Source of the DNA: Tubulanus polymorphus
Taxonomy: Eukaryota > Animalia > Nemertea
Assembly: GCF_964204645.1 (NCBI RefSeq)
Contig: NC_134032.1
Span: 16,356,275 to 16,420,274, forward strand
Reading direction: 5' to 3'
Length of the DNA stretch: 64,000 bases
Both the position numbers and the translations under genes were made by a program. This document shows positions 1 through 14,400 of the stretch, in pieces. The notes under the pieces are model-generated. The model worked only from the letters and a program-made list of their open reading frames with translations. It did not search any database and was not told the DNA's origin. Numbering within the stretch: the stretch's first letter is position 1; every line of letters begins with the position of its first letter.

Positions 1-54
1 CCAGGCTTTTTGTATACAGCTCATTAAATCTAAGTTCAATATCGGGAACCAGAC

Positions 55-3000
55 CTTCAAGTTTACGAATTGAATCCTCTTTCTGTTTGAGTAAAACATC
101 TTTCTGTGAAATCGTGTCGTTATTAGCGCTGATCGTCTGATCTTTCTGACGTATTAACGTCTCTTTCTGTTGCAGTAAATCCTTCATTCGTCCGATAGAG
201 TCGTCACGTGATTTCACTTGTTCCTGTAGCGAATTCTTTTCCAGTGTGAATTTGGCGCGTTCTTTTTCAAACTCTTCCTCTTTGGCGCGAAGATCATCAG
301 AGGTCTAGAAATAGCAAAACGTTTAAATATTATCACGATTTCAATCAAAACAAACCTGCGTTTATTCAACTACCAGAAATTGCGTCCAGGGGCCAGATGC
401 GCCCTGGCTCAAATTTTCTCTTGCAATATCGAGACTGGTAATAATAGAATTAAGATACTACTGTGGTGCAGTGTGGCTTAGTGGTAGAGTGCTCGCCCCC
501 AATCGGGAGGTTGTGTGTTCGAACCCCGGCTGTAGTGTCCTTAGGCAAGACATTAATTCACAATTGCTACTGGCTGACGACGCCTTGATCGCTCTGCAGC
601 GTATCGGTGTTGCATCTCCCCAGGGAGAGTAAGAATGTACTGGATTGGTAACAGAAGCTGGGTAATAATTGAGTGACAGCGCTTTGAGCATTCTTTGGAA
701 AGGCGCTATATAAGCACTAACTATTATTATTATTACTATAGAACAAAGATGGTCTTGTTGTTGTTGTTGTTGTTGTTGGACAATCTAAACACTGACTGCA
801 TGACCGGCCACTAAGGTGGTTCCAAAACTGATTATACCTCATTTAACTTGTATTCGAGCTCTTCAAATTTTAGTTTGTTTCTGATGCAAACGTCCTGAAA
901 TTCTTGCAGCTCTTTCTTCATTTGTTCTTTAGACTTTTCACCTCCGGTCTGAAGCGAGAACGAGGATACCGCGTATCGATCGGTGAACAGTTTATACGAC
1001 TGTTAGCAGACGACAGCAGGTGCACGCGTGAGCGGTGAGATGAAATGGAGCGATATTGATGGTGGATTGCCCGATGATGATTTCATGTCGTTACGTGATG
1101 TGGTAGATATGGTTGAGCACGGATGCAAAGAAGATGGAGAAAGAGAAAGAAAGAAAGAGAAGGCATGATTTCTGATGATGACGGTGAAATTCGAACATTG
1201 TAAAAAGAATCAATTCGTTGATGTAAGAGAAGAGATTCTCTTCAGTTTCTGAACCTGGTGAAAGTTCCGTTAAAATACGAACCTCTTCGTCATGTTTTTC
1301 CGATTCCATATTCTTCTGAAGTTGTTGAAGTTCGTCGTAAAGCGATTCAGTTTTCTGTTTGTAACTATCCAATCGTTTCAATAGTTCTTCTTTTTCTTTG
1401 AGTAATGTGAGATCACCGGTAAGTTTGACCTGATCCAGTTCCATGCGTTTCGTCCTTTCTGTTTCCAGCTGCGGAGAGAAATCGATTACACGTAGTAACA
1501 CTCTACTGGACTGACTTCTTCTACGAATCGGGTTCAAATGTCAGAGAAGATAAACAAATTATTATTATTATTATTATTATTAAGATCTAAGACGAATATA
1601 AAATGAAAGATTCTGGGTGCTGTGGTGGCATTATTGACGGCACCAATTGATCGACCATGAGATTCGTGTTAATTGTACTGCCATGATATCTTCTACTAAC
1701 TCTCCATTAAACTCGACCTTATTTGATTGAACATCTTATTCACTGCTATTATTCATAAGAACTTATCGATTATCAAGTACATAGTTATCCATTATCATTA
1801 TGTATTTAATATTTTTCCGAAGGCACCTGAACGTCCTCAGAGATTGTAACAGCCTTTATGGCTCTGTTTCAAGCTCTTTTAATCAATTTCCTATTTCTAT
1901 CATTTTTACCATGGTATTATATAGACAGTACCAATGTTACTATAGATGGTACCGTGGTATCATGAGCAATACCACTGTAATTATAGATGGTACCGTGGTA
2001 TACCAATGTTAGTATAGATGGTACCATGGCATTTAGACAGTACCAATGTTACTATAGATGGTACCATGGCATTTAGACAGTACCAATGTTACTATAGATG
2101 GTACCATGGCATTTAGACAGTACCAATGTTACTATAGATGGTACCATGGCATTTAGACAGTACCAATGTTACTATAGATGGTACCATGGCATTTAGACAG
2201 TACCAATGTTACTATAGATGGTACCATGGTATTTAGACAGTACCACTGTAATTATAGATGGTACCGTGGTATCATGAGTAGTACCACTGTAATTATAGAT
2301 GGTACCGTGGTATCATGAGCAGTACCACTGTAATTATAGATGGTACCGTGGTATCATGAGCAGTACCACTGTAATTATAGATGGTACCGTGGTATCCACA
2401 CCTTATAAGGGTACAGAGGTAGGTATAATTTAGACTAATATATCCATGTTACTGACCTCTTTAGTGACGGTATCGAAGTTTTCTTTTATCGATTCGTGAG
2501 TTGTTTGTACACGTGACAGACGATCGTTCAACAACTGCACATTCGAATTTGCTTCTTCCAACTGTTTCTTACATTGAGATAGCTATAATTTAACGAGAAA
2601 CTGAGAGACATCAGTGTGAGATGAGATGAGCCAGGTCTAGCCAGATATATCTGAGAGACATCAGTGCGAGATGAGATGAGCCAGGTCTAGCCAGATATAT
2701 CCGAGAGACACCAGTGCGAGATGAGATGAGCTAGGTCTAGCCAGATATATCTGAGAGACATCAGTGCGAGATGAGATGAGCCAGGTCTAGCCAGATATAT
2801 CTGAGAGACATCAGTGCGAGATGAGATGAGCCAGGTCTAGCCAGATATATCTGAGAGACATCAGTGCGAGATGAGATGAGCCAAGTTCAGCCAGATATAT
2901 CTGAGAGACATCAGAGTGCGAGATGAGATGAGCCAGGTTCAGCCAGATATATCTGAGAGACACCAGTGTGAGATGAGATGAGCCAGGTCTAGCCAGATAT

Positions 3001-6000
3001 ATCTGAGAGACACCAGTGTGAGATGAGATGAGCCAGGTCTAGCCAGATATATCTGAGAGACACCAGTGTGAGATGAGATGAGCCAGGTTCAGCCAGATAT
3101 ATCTGAGAGACACCAGTGTGAGATGAGATGAGCCAGGTCTAGCCAGATATATCTGAGAGACACCAGTGCGAGATGAGATGAGCTAGGTCTAGCCAGATAT
3201 ATCTGAGAGACATCAGTGCGAGATGAGATGAGCCAGGTCTAGCCAGATATATCTGAGAGACATCAGTGCGAGATGAGATGAGCCAGGTCTAGCCAGATAT
3301 ATCTGAGAGACATCAGTGCGAGATAAAATGAGCCAGGTTCAGCCAGATATATCTGAGAGACACCAGTGCGAGATGAGATGAGCCAGGTCTAGCCAGATAT
3401 ATCTGAGAGACACCAGTGCGAGATGAGATGAGCTAGGTCTAGCCAGATATATCTGAGAGACACTAGTGTGAGATGAGATGAGCCAGGTTCAGCCAGATAT
3501 ATCTGAGAGACACCAGTGTGAGATGAGATGAGCCAGGTCTAGCCAGATATATCTGAGAGACATCAGTGCGAGATGAGATGAGCTATGTCTAGCCAGATAT
3601 ATCTGAGAGACATCAGTGCGAGATGAGATGAGCTAGGTCTAGCCAGATATATCTGAGAGACATCAGTGTGAGATGAGATGAGCTAGGTCTAGCCAGATAT
3701 ATCCGAGAGACATCAGTGCGAGATGAGATGAGCTAGGTCTAGCCAGATATATCTGAGAGACACCAGTGCGAGATGAGATGAGCCAGGTCTAGCCAGATAT
3801 ATCTGAGAGACATCAGTGTGAGATGAGATGAGCTAGGTCTAGCCAGATATATCTGAGAGACATCAGTGCGAGATGAGATGAGCCAGGTCTAGCCAGATAT
3901 ATCTGAGAGACACCAGTGTGAGATGAGATGAGCCAGGTTCAGCCAGATATATCTGAGAGACATCAGTGTGAGATGAGATGAGCCAGGTTCAGCCAGATAT
4001 ATCTGAGAGACACCAGTGTGAGATGAGATGAGCCAGGTCTAGCCAGATATATCTGAGAGACACCAGTGTGAGATGAGATGAGCCAGGTCTAGCCAGATAT
4101 ATCTGAGAGACATCAGTGCGAGATGAGATGAGCCAGGTCTAGCCAGATATATCCGAGAGACATCAGTGTGAGATGAGATGAGCCAGGTCTAGCCAGATAT
4201 ATCTGAGAGACATCAGTGTGAGATGAGATGAGCTAGGTCTAGCCAGATATATCTGAGAGACATCAGTGCGAGATGAGATGAGCCAGGTCTAGCCAGATAT
4301 ATCTGAGAGACACCAGTGTGAGATGAGATGAGCCAGGTTCAGCCAGATATATCTGAGAGACATCAGTGTGAGATGAGATGAGCCAGGTTCAGCCAGATAT
4401 ATCTGAGAGACACCAGTGTGAGATGAGATGAGCCAGGTTCAGCCAGATATATCTGAGAGACACCAGTGTGAGATGAGATGAGCCAGGTTCAGCCAGATAT
4501 ATCTGAGAGACACCAGTGTGAGATGAGATGAGCTAGGTCTAGCCAGATATATCTGAGAGACATCAGTGTGAGATGAGATGAGCCAGGTCTAGCCAGATAT
4601 ATCTGAGAGACACCAGTGTGAGATGAGATGAGCCAGGTTCAGCCAGATATATCTGAGAGACATCAGTGTGAGATGAGATGAGCCAGGTTCAGCCAGATAT
4701 ATCTGAGAGACATCAGTGCGAGATGAGATGAGCCAGGTCTAGCCAGATATATCTGAGAGACACCAGTGTGAGATGAGATGAGCCAGGTTCAGCCAGATAT
4801 ATCTGAGAGACATCAGTGTGAGATGAGATGAGCTAGGTCTAGCCAGATATATCTGAGAGACATCAGTGCGAGATGAGATGAGCCAGGTTCAGCCAGATAT
4901 ATCTGAGAGACACCAGTGTGAGATGAGATGAGCTAGGTCTAGCCAGATATATCTGAGAGACATCAGTGTGAGATGAGATGAGCCAGGTCTAGCCAGATAT
5001 ATCTGAGAGACATCAGTGTGAGATGAGATGAGCTAGGTATAGCCAGATATATCTGAGAGACATCAGTGTGAGATGAGATGAGCCAGGTTCAGCCAGATAT
5101 ATCTGAGAGACATCAGTGCGAGATGAGATGAGCCAGGTTCAGCCAGATATATCTGAGAGACACCAGTGCGAGATGAGATGAGCCAGGTCTAGCCAGATAT
5201 ATCTGAGAGACATCAGTGCGAGATGAGATGAGCCAGGTTCAGCCAGATATATCTGAGAGACACCAGTGCGAGATGAGATGAGCTAGGTCTAGCCAGATAT
5301 ATCTGAGAGACACCAGTGTGAGATGAGATGAGCCAGGTCTAGCCAGATATATCTGAGAGACACCAGTGTGAGATGAGATGAGCCAGGTTCAGCCAGATAT
5401 ATCTGAGAGACTTAGTAATCATTTCTAGGGAACGCCTTAGAACATCTATTGCATGAAATTGGCGCTATATAATTTCTGACATTCATTCATCGTGGATATT
5501 CCTATCAAGAATTTCTCTCACCTACTTTAATCAGTGACAAAAAACAAATATGCCCCAAATCTATATCGACGATTCCATATCTAAGACGTACCTCTGTTTG
5601 TAATGCGATATTTTCAGTGTTTGTATCGCCCCCTAGCGGCGGGGGTATGTTAATACTCTCGGCTCTTGCTTTATTTCTCTCTTCTGCCAACAACTTCTCT
5701 AAACATTCAATTCGTAGTTTGAATTTACGCTGAAACCGAACACGACAAAAACAGATCAATAAAATTCTCAAATTTGTCATTGGATTAATAACAGGTGATA
5801 GGGGGCGCTGCTATACAAACCTCCCAATCGAAACGCGTCGTTTCCCCGTGTCCCGGAGTGTTGAGGAATACGTCATCACTTTCTGTGCTCGTACCACTGC
5901 TAGTAGCCGGACTAAGTTTGACCTTGTTACCGCCAGGGATTGGTTTAGATTTACTGGAGCCACGAGATGAGGTGTTACGAGACAGATCACTAGAAATTAT

Positions 6001-9000
6001 ATTACATAATTACGTGGTTAATTAGTTGTATAGGACATGTACCAGGGGCTGGTTCCTCAAACGAGACTTAAGTCCAAAAATCGTCTTAACTTTTTAGATT
6101 GGTCTTGAGTTGTTAGATTGGTTATAGAACTAGGATGGTCCCAAATTGGCCTTAAGTCTAAGCCATGACTATGGAACTGGGCCCTGGGTCCATTTGCACA
6201 ATCGGAAAGTGGTCTTCAATCTTAAGACTTGTCTCAGGTTGTACGATTGGTTATAGAACTAAAAGGATACTAGACTGGTCTTTAATCTAAGCTAGTGTTT
6301 TATTTGAAGACCAGACGTGGTTAATGCCATCTTAGTCAAGATTCAATACCACTTTAGGATTACAATCGCGCAACTAGCAACTTTCATACAATCAACCCTT
6401 GAAATCGTAAATGCGATTGGCTTTAAATCTGAAAGGAGGGTAAGATTAAAAACATAGGATTTTACCTCGAAGTCTCTGACTCGATTCTAGCTGATACAAC
6501 TTCCAGCAGATTCGATAAAATGGAATTCTTGTTTTCCATTTGTTCCAGTTCTTCGAGAAGTTCTTTCTCTTTCTTCAGGAATTGATGTTTCACGTTATCG
6601 ATTTCTTTCTGTTGTTCGTTGACGTCTTGTTCGAGTTTGGCGCTGTTTTCATCTTTAACGCGCATAATCTGTTTTAATTCCGCTGAAAAACAAGGAAATT
6701 CTAATCACAGTCTTTAAGATCTCACTGGTGTATAACCGCAGATTATAACGGCTGTGATCAAGACTCTATTTACAAATTTCAAAGAAGGTATTTTATTCCA
6801 TGGCGTTTTTACTTAATCTTTTTAATTTACTCGAATTATATCTGAATAATTCTTACTGATTTCGTCGTCGAGTTCTTCTATTTCATCGCGAAGTTCAGCC
6901 GGTGAAAGACCGGTTAAATTACTCTTAGCTCGATCGCGTTTTCGTTTAATCGAATCCAACAATTTCAAATGATCGTCCTCTAAATTTTCCAACTTCTCGC
7001 GAAGTTTACGAATTTCTTCTTCGGCGACGCGAAGTTTTTCCTTCGTTTTGCCTGAATAGAAAATAAAGGAGTTCATCAATAAAATTCCATTTTTACTACC
7101 GGTCTTTTGAAGCCGTTTTTATTGCTTTAAAGACATGGATCAAGTTCCATGGTTAAAATTTAGAGAGGAAATTCTGGAACCAGGGGGCCAGTTGCAGAGT
7201 TTAGTAGTTAGACCAGGGACCATTCTAATTCTGGAGATCAGGGGCCGGTTCCATAGTCAAGACTTAAGACCACTTTTGGTCTTTAAGACCACTTTGGTTT
7301 AAGACCAAAAGTGGTCTTAAACCTTAAGACTGGTCTTTAGTTGTTAGATTGGCTATAGAACTTAGTTGGTCTTAGACTGGTCTTAAATCTAAGCCCTCAC
7401 TATGGAACCGGCCCACTTTGCGACTGTTCCCTAAGAACTAAGGTGGTCTTAGACTGGGCTTAAGTGTAAGCCTATGAAACCGGGTCCACTCAGTCACTCG
7501 CTTACCGAGGTCTGATTCACGTTCCTCTTTAGTTAACTCAACAGCCGCGTCACCCAGTCGTTCCTCCAGATCTTGTATATTTTGTTTCAATCTCGAGTTA
7601 TTCGCCTCTAGTTTATCGATTTTATCTTTCAGTACAACATTCTCAACCGCCGGGTCGTCTTTAGTCAGAGACGGAACTCGTCGCTTAGCGATCAACAACA
7701 ATTTATTATTATCCGAGATTAACTTTTCGTTCTCGTCCTCGAGATAACGTAGTTTATCTTTAAGAATCTGCGCCTCTTGCGTCACTAGATCCAACTGTCG
7801 TTTTATATCGACAGACGTATCGCTGTCTAAACTTCGACTTTTTTTCAGTTGCGCTTTAGGAGTTTTAGCTTTTTGCGCCAGTTTCGATAAACGTTCGATA
7901 TCTCGATCTTTCTCGATGAGTTTCCATTTTAACTGTTCTATCTCGTCGCTAAGTAAACTCGCTCGTCTCGCCAGTCCATCTCCCGGATCGGTTTCAAGCA
8001 ATTCATTGATCTCTTTATATTTGTCGGTGAGTTTCCTTTGTAATTGGTTCACCTGTAAGTAATAATAATGATATAAGCACAATTATATCTGTACTTCGAT
8101 TTCCTCAAAATCAAACAGTGTTTCCCTCCCGGCAGGTGTGGTGAAAGATACTAGGGGATAATGAGGGATACTAGCAGATAGTGAGATATACTATGAGATA
8201 GTGGGATACACTATGAGATAGTGGAAGATACTATGAGATAGTGGGAGATAGTGGGAGATACTATGAGATAGTGGGATATACTATGAGATAGTGGGATATA
8301 CTATGAGATAGTGGGAGATACTATGAGATAGTGGGATATACTATGAGATAGTGGGAGATACTATGAGATAGTGGGATACACTATGAGATAGTGGGAGATA
8401 CTATGAGATAGTGGGAGATACTATGAGATAGTGGGAGATACTATGAGATAGTGGGAGATACTATGAGATAGTGGGATATACTATGAGATAGTGGGAGATA
8501 CTATGAGAGAGTGGGAGGTACTATGAGATAGTGGGATATACTAGGAGATAGTGGGATATACTATGAGATAGTGGGATATACTATGAGATAGTGGGAGATA
8601 CTATGAGATAGTGGGAGATAGTGGGATATACTATGAGATAGTGGGAGATACTATGAGATAGTGGGAGATACTATGAGATAGTGGGGTATACTATGAGATA
8701 GTGGGATATACTATGAGATAGTGGGAGATACTATGAGAGAGTGGGAGGTACTATGAGAGAGTGGGAGGTACTATGAGATAGTGGGATACACTATGAGATA
8801 GTGGGAGATACTATGAGATAGTGGGAGATACTATGAGATAGTGGGAGATACTATGAGATAGTGGGAGATACTATGAGAGAGTGGGAGATACTATGAGATA
8901 GTGGGAGATACTATGAGAGAGTGGGAGATACTATGAGATAGTGGGAGATACTATGAGATAGTGGGAGATAGTGGGATATACTATGAGATAGTGGGAGATA

Positions 9001-11453
9001 GTGGGATATACTATGAGATAGTGGGAGATACTATGAGATAGTGGGAGATACTATGAGATAGTGGGGTATACTATGAGATAGTGGGATATACTATGAGATA
9101 GTGGGAGATACTATGAGAGAGTGGGAGGTACTATGAGAGAGTGGGAGGTACTATGAGATAGTGGGATACACTATGAGATAGTGGGAGATACTATGAGATA
9201 GTGGGAGATACTATGAGATAGTGGGAGATACTATGAGATAGTGGGAGATACTATGAGAGAGTGGGAGATACTATGAGATAGTGGGAGATACTATGAGAGA
9301 GTGGGAGATACTATGAGATAGTGGGATATACTATGAGATAGTGGGATATACTATGAGATAGTGGGAGATACTATGAGATAGTGGGAGGTACTATGAGAGA
9401 GTGGGAGGTACTATGAGATAGTGGGATATACTATGAGATAGTGGGATATACTATGAGATAGTGGGAGATACTATGAGATAGTGGGATATACTATGAGATA
9501 GTGGGAGATAGTGGGAGATACTATGAGATAGTGGGAGATACTATGAGATAGTGGGGTATACTATGAGATAGTGGGATATACTATGAGATAGTGGGATATA
9601 CTATGAGATAGTGGGAGATAGTGGGAGATACTATGAGATAGTGGGAGATACTATGAGATAGTGGGGTATACTATGAGATAGTGGGAGATACTATGAGATA
9701 GTGGGATATACTATGAGATAGTGGGAGATAGTGGGAGATACTATGAGAGAGTGGGAGATACTATGAGATAGTGGGGTATACTATGAGATAGTGGGATATA
9801 CTATGAGATAGTGGGAGGCCTCGAGAATATTGATTGATATTTGTTGTACCTCTTTTGTTAATGTTTCGTTTTGTTTTTCCATTTCTTCCATTTTACGTTT
9901 TAAAACGTTCATCTCTTGTTCTGTCAATTCCATTTTTAGTTTCGAATCGCGTTCGTCGTTTTCGCTGAAACTTTCTTCGTCCGACGAAGCGCTCGGCAAT
10001 TTACCTGCATTTTACAAATTGATAACATATTAGAATAACGATAACTCATCAGTTCAAATTGATTCGGCTCTGATGATGTTTATAGGAAGCTTCAGGAATC
10101 ACAGGATCCGGACAGGTATCTTATATCATTTTTGACCTATGTATTCCGATGTGAGAGTCTATGTTAACTCACTTAAACGGCACTAAGCTGATAAGAAAAT
10201 AACTGGATAACATGATCCTTCCAATTTTATACGTAGAATTATGAGTCACCACATCTGACTGGTCACCAGTTACCACACTTGACCGATCTCCACAGCTAAA
10301 TGGGTCACATTTGACACCACACTGACCAGACTAACTTACAAACTTCGGCAGTCACTACTGGTCTATGGTCTAGTGGTTAGCACGCTCAGCTGGCATGTGG
10401 GAGGTCGCAGGTTCGCATCCTGCTAGGGTTAGGGTTACGGACAAACTAGGGTTAGGGTTACGGAGACATAGAGACAGCCGGGCTAGGGATGATGTGTCAG
10501 CGTTTTGCTTCTGCATTCTTTTTTTTACCCTTAAATACACAACAATCACTTCATATATTTAGAACCAGTGTCCTTCAAACTTTGCCGTTTTTGCTTTCAA
10601 ATTTAGACAAGAACAGCAAAAAGGCATTGTTTGAATTTAAGGATGATTTTCCACGCAGAACGGTGGAGATTCAGGTGTCAAAACTCATTTTCTAACTTGT
10701 CCATCTTTACTTATGACGAATAAAGTTCATCAATGATCAGAATAGGTCGGAAATCGTAATTTTGGGGTCTGCAATTCTTAGTTTCATCGAAAAAAGTTCA
10801 AAGTCAAAACGAATCTAAGATTGAATTGTTGTTCTCATTATTGAAATCAACTAATTTAGTTAAATCGTTTCTTGATACTGAAACCAGTAATAATATAACG
10901 TACCTTTCTTCTTCGATATCTTCCTCAACGATAAAACCAGACTTTCGTTCTCGTCCTCCAGTTCCGATAACTTCTTACGACAAACGTTGATTTCTTCTTC
11001 GGCGAATTTCAGTTGATCTTTCAAATCGAGTTCACGTTCACGACAATCAGATAGATCTCTCATGAGTTGAGCCACGTCGTGTTCGGTGCTCGACTGACGA
11101 CTCCCAGCAGACAACATCGGCTACAAAATACACAGTTATACATCATAATATACTTGACTAACCCTCCCTCTACAAAATACAGCAATAAACACTACCTTAA
11201 AAGGACTTATCTACCCCTCCCCCATAGATTGGTGTAATGAACATTGTGCAATTTTAAGATTTGTGTCATTGATAGAATTTTCCTATCAACAAACATAGAA
11301 TAGACGCGTAATGTACTGAAATTCCTGACGCTTCTCTTCAAACTGCCACCATCTTTTTGTGAATTTTTAGGCAAAGTTTTAAAAATTCATTCAGACACAA
11401 ATTCATTGATCTTCTAGTAGAAGTTTTTAAATAACCGAATAATAATTTTCTAA

Positions 11454-11484
<31 letters not shown>

Positions 11485-14400
11485 GTGGTGCTAGTAAATC
11501 TGATCGTCTGCTCGCGGCAAACAGGTGATTCTCATCTTAACGTAAACAATAATCTTTGATGAATGATTTTGTTCTGGAGGCGATCGCGCAGTTTATAATG
11601 TTATTAATCTGTACTCGTTCTATAGTGAGTTATCATAAGGTGTGTTCTGCCCTTTCCAAATAGATTCATCGGTTCAGATGTTGGATGTTGTTGATAAGTA
11701 TCGGTAAATGATTCAGCGGATTCCAACATAAATAAGATACCTACATCAATTAACTTCTATTCAACAGTATCTACAGAATCCACACTCTGAATCAGCCGCT
11801 CAGCATCCCTCAGACAAACTACAGCCTGGAGCCTGGAGCCTGCACCCATTCGGGCAAACTACAGCCTGGAGCCTGCACCCATTCGGGTAAACTACAGCCC
11901 GGACCTCCATCTCTAATGGCCATAAGGGAAGTGTCCCTCGTTTACCTAACGGCTATGACCCATATCAACTACAGCCTGGATCTCTAATGGCCGTAACCTA
12001 TGGTTTAACTTATGGCTAACACCCGTATCAAATTGACTGTATCGTCGATTTATGCCGGGATACAGATTGTGACAGATTGACAGATTTAGATGGAGATTGA
12101 TTAGCACTTACCGGTCGAATAGGTGATAATCGATCACTTTGACTTCCTTCAGGACTAGCAGGTACAGATATCGATTCGGCAACAGGGTGACTATCAGCTG
12201 ATTGGTCAATCAGATCAGCTCTCAGTCGCTCCATCTAGAAACAAAAATACACGATCTTTTTAGGGTTTCAACTTTTCCAAAATGACCTGATTCAAAATGG
12301 CTGACGAAACTGTTCATGGAATATAATGTTGAATTGCTCGTGATTGGACGAGTTGATATATTACTAAATGTTTTCTTATTCATTTGAATCAATTTTATTA
12401 TGAATATTCAAGATGGCCGCCTGGTGACATTGAAACGTGTGTGTTCTATGTGCTATTTATCTTCATTGATGAAATCTAAATACAAAGATGGCCGCCATGT
12501 GATAAATATTATTTCAATAAAACTGAATGAATGAAATACACGCTGGGTATTCTATAGATTCGAGTAGAACTGTGGTTTGTTTGTTTTTCTCCTATCTGAA
12601 GGTCAGAACAAATTTTTCAATGATATTTTTAACCTAGTCGATAGCAGCACAGATGATCCATCATTTTGAGATAGTGAGTACCATAACGCTACCACCAGTA
12701 CAGCGAACCGGGGTTGTTTAGTCAAATCATACCTGCCATCCGTTAGTTCTTATGTACATAAGTATGCCGCTATATTTAACGGGACTGACTTAGGTTATTT
12801 TTAATACCTCACATTGGTGTGTTACAGGTATAATACAACCACTGTGAACTGTATCTACCGCTACCGTATCTCAACGTACATATAAAATATTGCGTGCATA
12901 ACATACATGAAATTGTAAGTCAAATGTTTGGATCTTTGCTGCAAAACGAAAATTATTTGACGAAAAAATTGATAGTTTCACTATAGATTAAATTTGCTCA
13001 GGGTCCAGTTCTAAAGTTATTTACCTGACTCGAGGCTTTAGAATACGTGAATTTCTTATTGCCAATTATATATTATATATAGTCAATCTTTAACAGATAA
13101 AAGTAGAATGCCAGGTAGCAGTTGCTGAAAGTTGGTTCAACCAAAAAGTGGCATCGTGACAGTAAAACTAAATTGCTATCCATTGGAAGCGTGGCTATAA
13201 ACAAAACTGTTTTAAAATTCTCAATTACAGTTTACCTCGCAAAAACATAATATATAACATATTGGACATAAACACTGTTAGAATTGCTTTGATCATATAA
13301 TTAATGAATTCTGCTTGAAATTCTTCAACGATTTTATAGAAATTACTGAAAAGCTAGTTTTTGCTGGAAAATTCTATGTTTTTTTTCACTAAACGCAAAT
13401 TCAGCGATATAAGACGTGAGTTGTTAATATATGACGTCACGACTACTGGCGCTCCTGTGTGAAGCTGTCAGACGATGATATGATGTATTTTGATTAGGAT
13501 GATATATCAACATTAACAAACATTTTAATCTTGTTTTTGTTCGCAGAATCTGAGCTGAGGCAGCAATGCGCATAATATGTAAGATTAATTTAGAGAATCA
13601 TATCACCTAAAATATTCATCTTTATGTTCTAATTGTACTATCCTTTTTGTGGGAAAATAGCGCGTAAGGAATTGCCTCTGAAAATGCCTGATAATAGAGT
13701 CTGATTAAGGGGACAGTCACCTCTCCTGATTGGTCACCACAGCGCTATTCGGTCACCCACCAGATTGATCAGACGAACTTACAAAGCTCGTCTGTCACTA
13801 CTGGTATATGGCCTAAGGGTTAGTGTGCTCGGCTGGCATGCTGGTGGTATCAGGTTCGAGTCCTGCTAGGGTTAGGGTTACGGCCGAGCTCAGGTTCGAG
13901 TCCTGCTAGGGTTAGGGTTACGGCCGAGCGAGGGTTCCAGTCCTGCTAGGGTTAGGGTTACGGCTGAGCAAGGATTTAGCCTGATTGAGGACGTTCTATT
14001 TTATTTCCCGATTGTGCCTGAGACGCCCATTTCTTGTTTTTTGCAAGTGCTAATTTTACAATTTTGAAGACAATAAGTGGTAAATACAACTTCACAAAAT
14101 GTTACATATTGAATTGAGATTCAGTAAGTGTCGGGTGAATACTCGCAGCTCAGTGAGGATAGGTTTATACCTAGGATTAGTCAGACAGTTTATAAACAGC
14201 ATTATCAAAGGAAGTCAGAATTAAAATCAACAGTTTAAAACTTATGAAGTTCTTCAAAGTAGAAATAGCCAAACATCTTCAGGGAGGCGAGTAATAAATA
14301 CCAAGCGGTTAACCTCAAGTCTTAAACAACATCCTGCGAAATAAGGTGGTTTAAAGGTGAACCCACTTTCAGATTGTGGCTATTTTGGTTATGTTTGAAT

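Noticed and set aside
2601-5411. Long regular array resembling a CRISPR locus (also 27972-29370, 47431-48030, 62656-63185)
   Set aside because: Units are head-to-tail with no unique spacers, there are no cas genes, and the context is eukaryotic.
10359-10431. Functional tRNA-Ala(GGC) genes (five tRNA-like copies)
   Set aside because: Acceptor and anticodon stems are mispaired, copies diverge from each other, there is no oligo-T terminator, and they are embedded in a larger repeat.
10424-10460. Interstitial telomere marking a chromosome fusion
   Set aside because: Only about two units per block, always attached to the same dispersed element.
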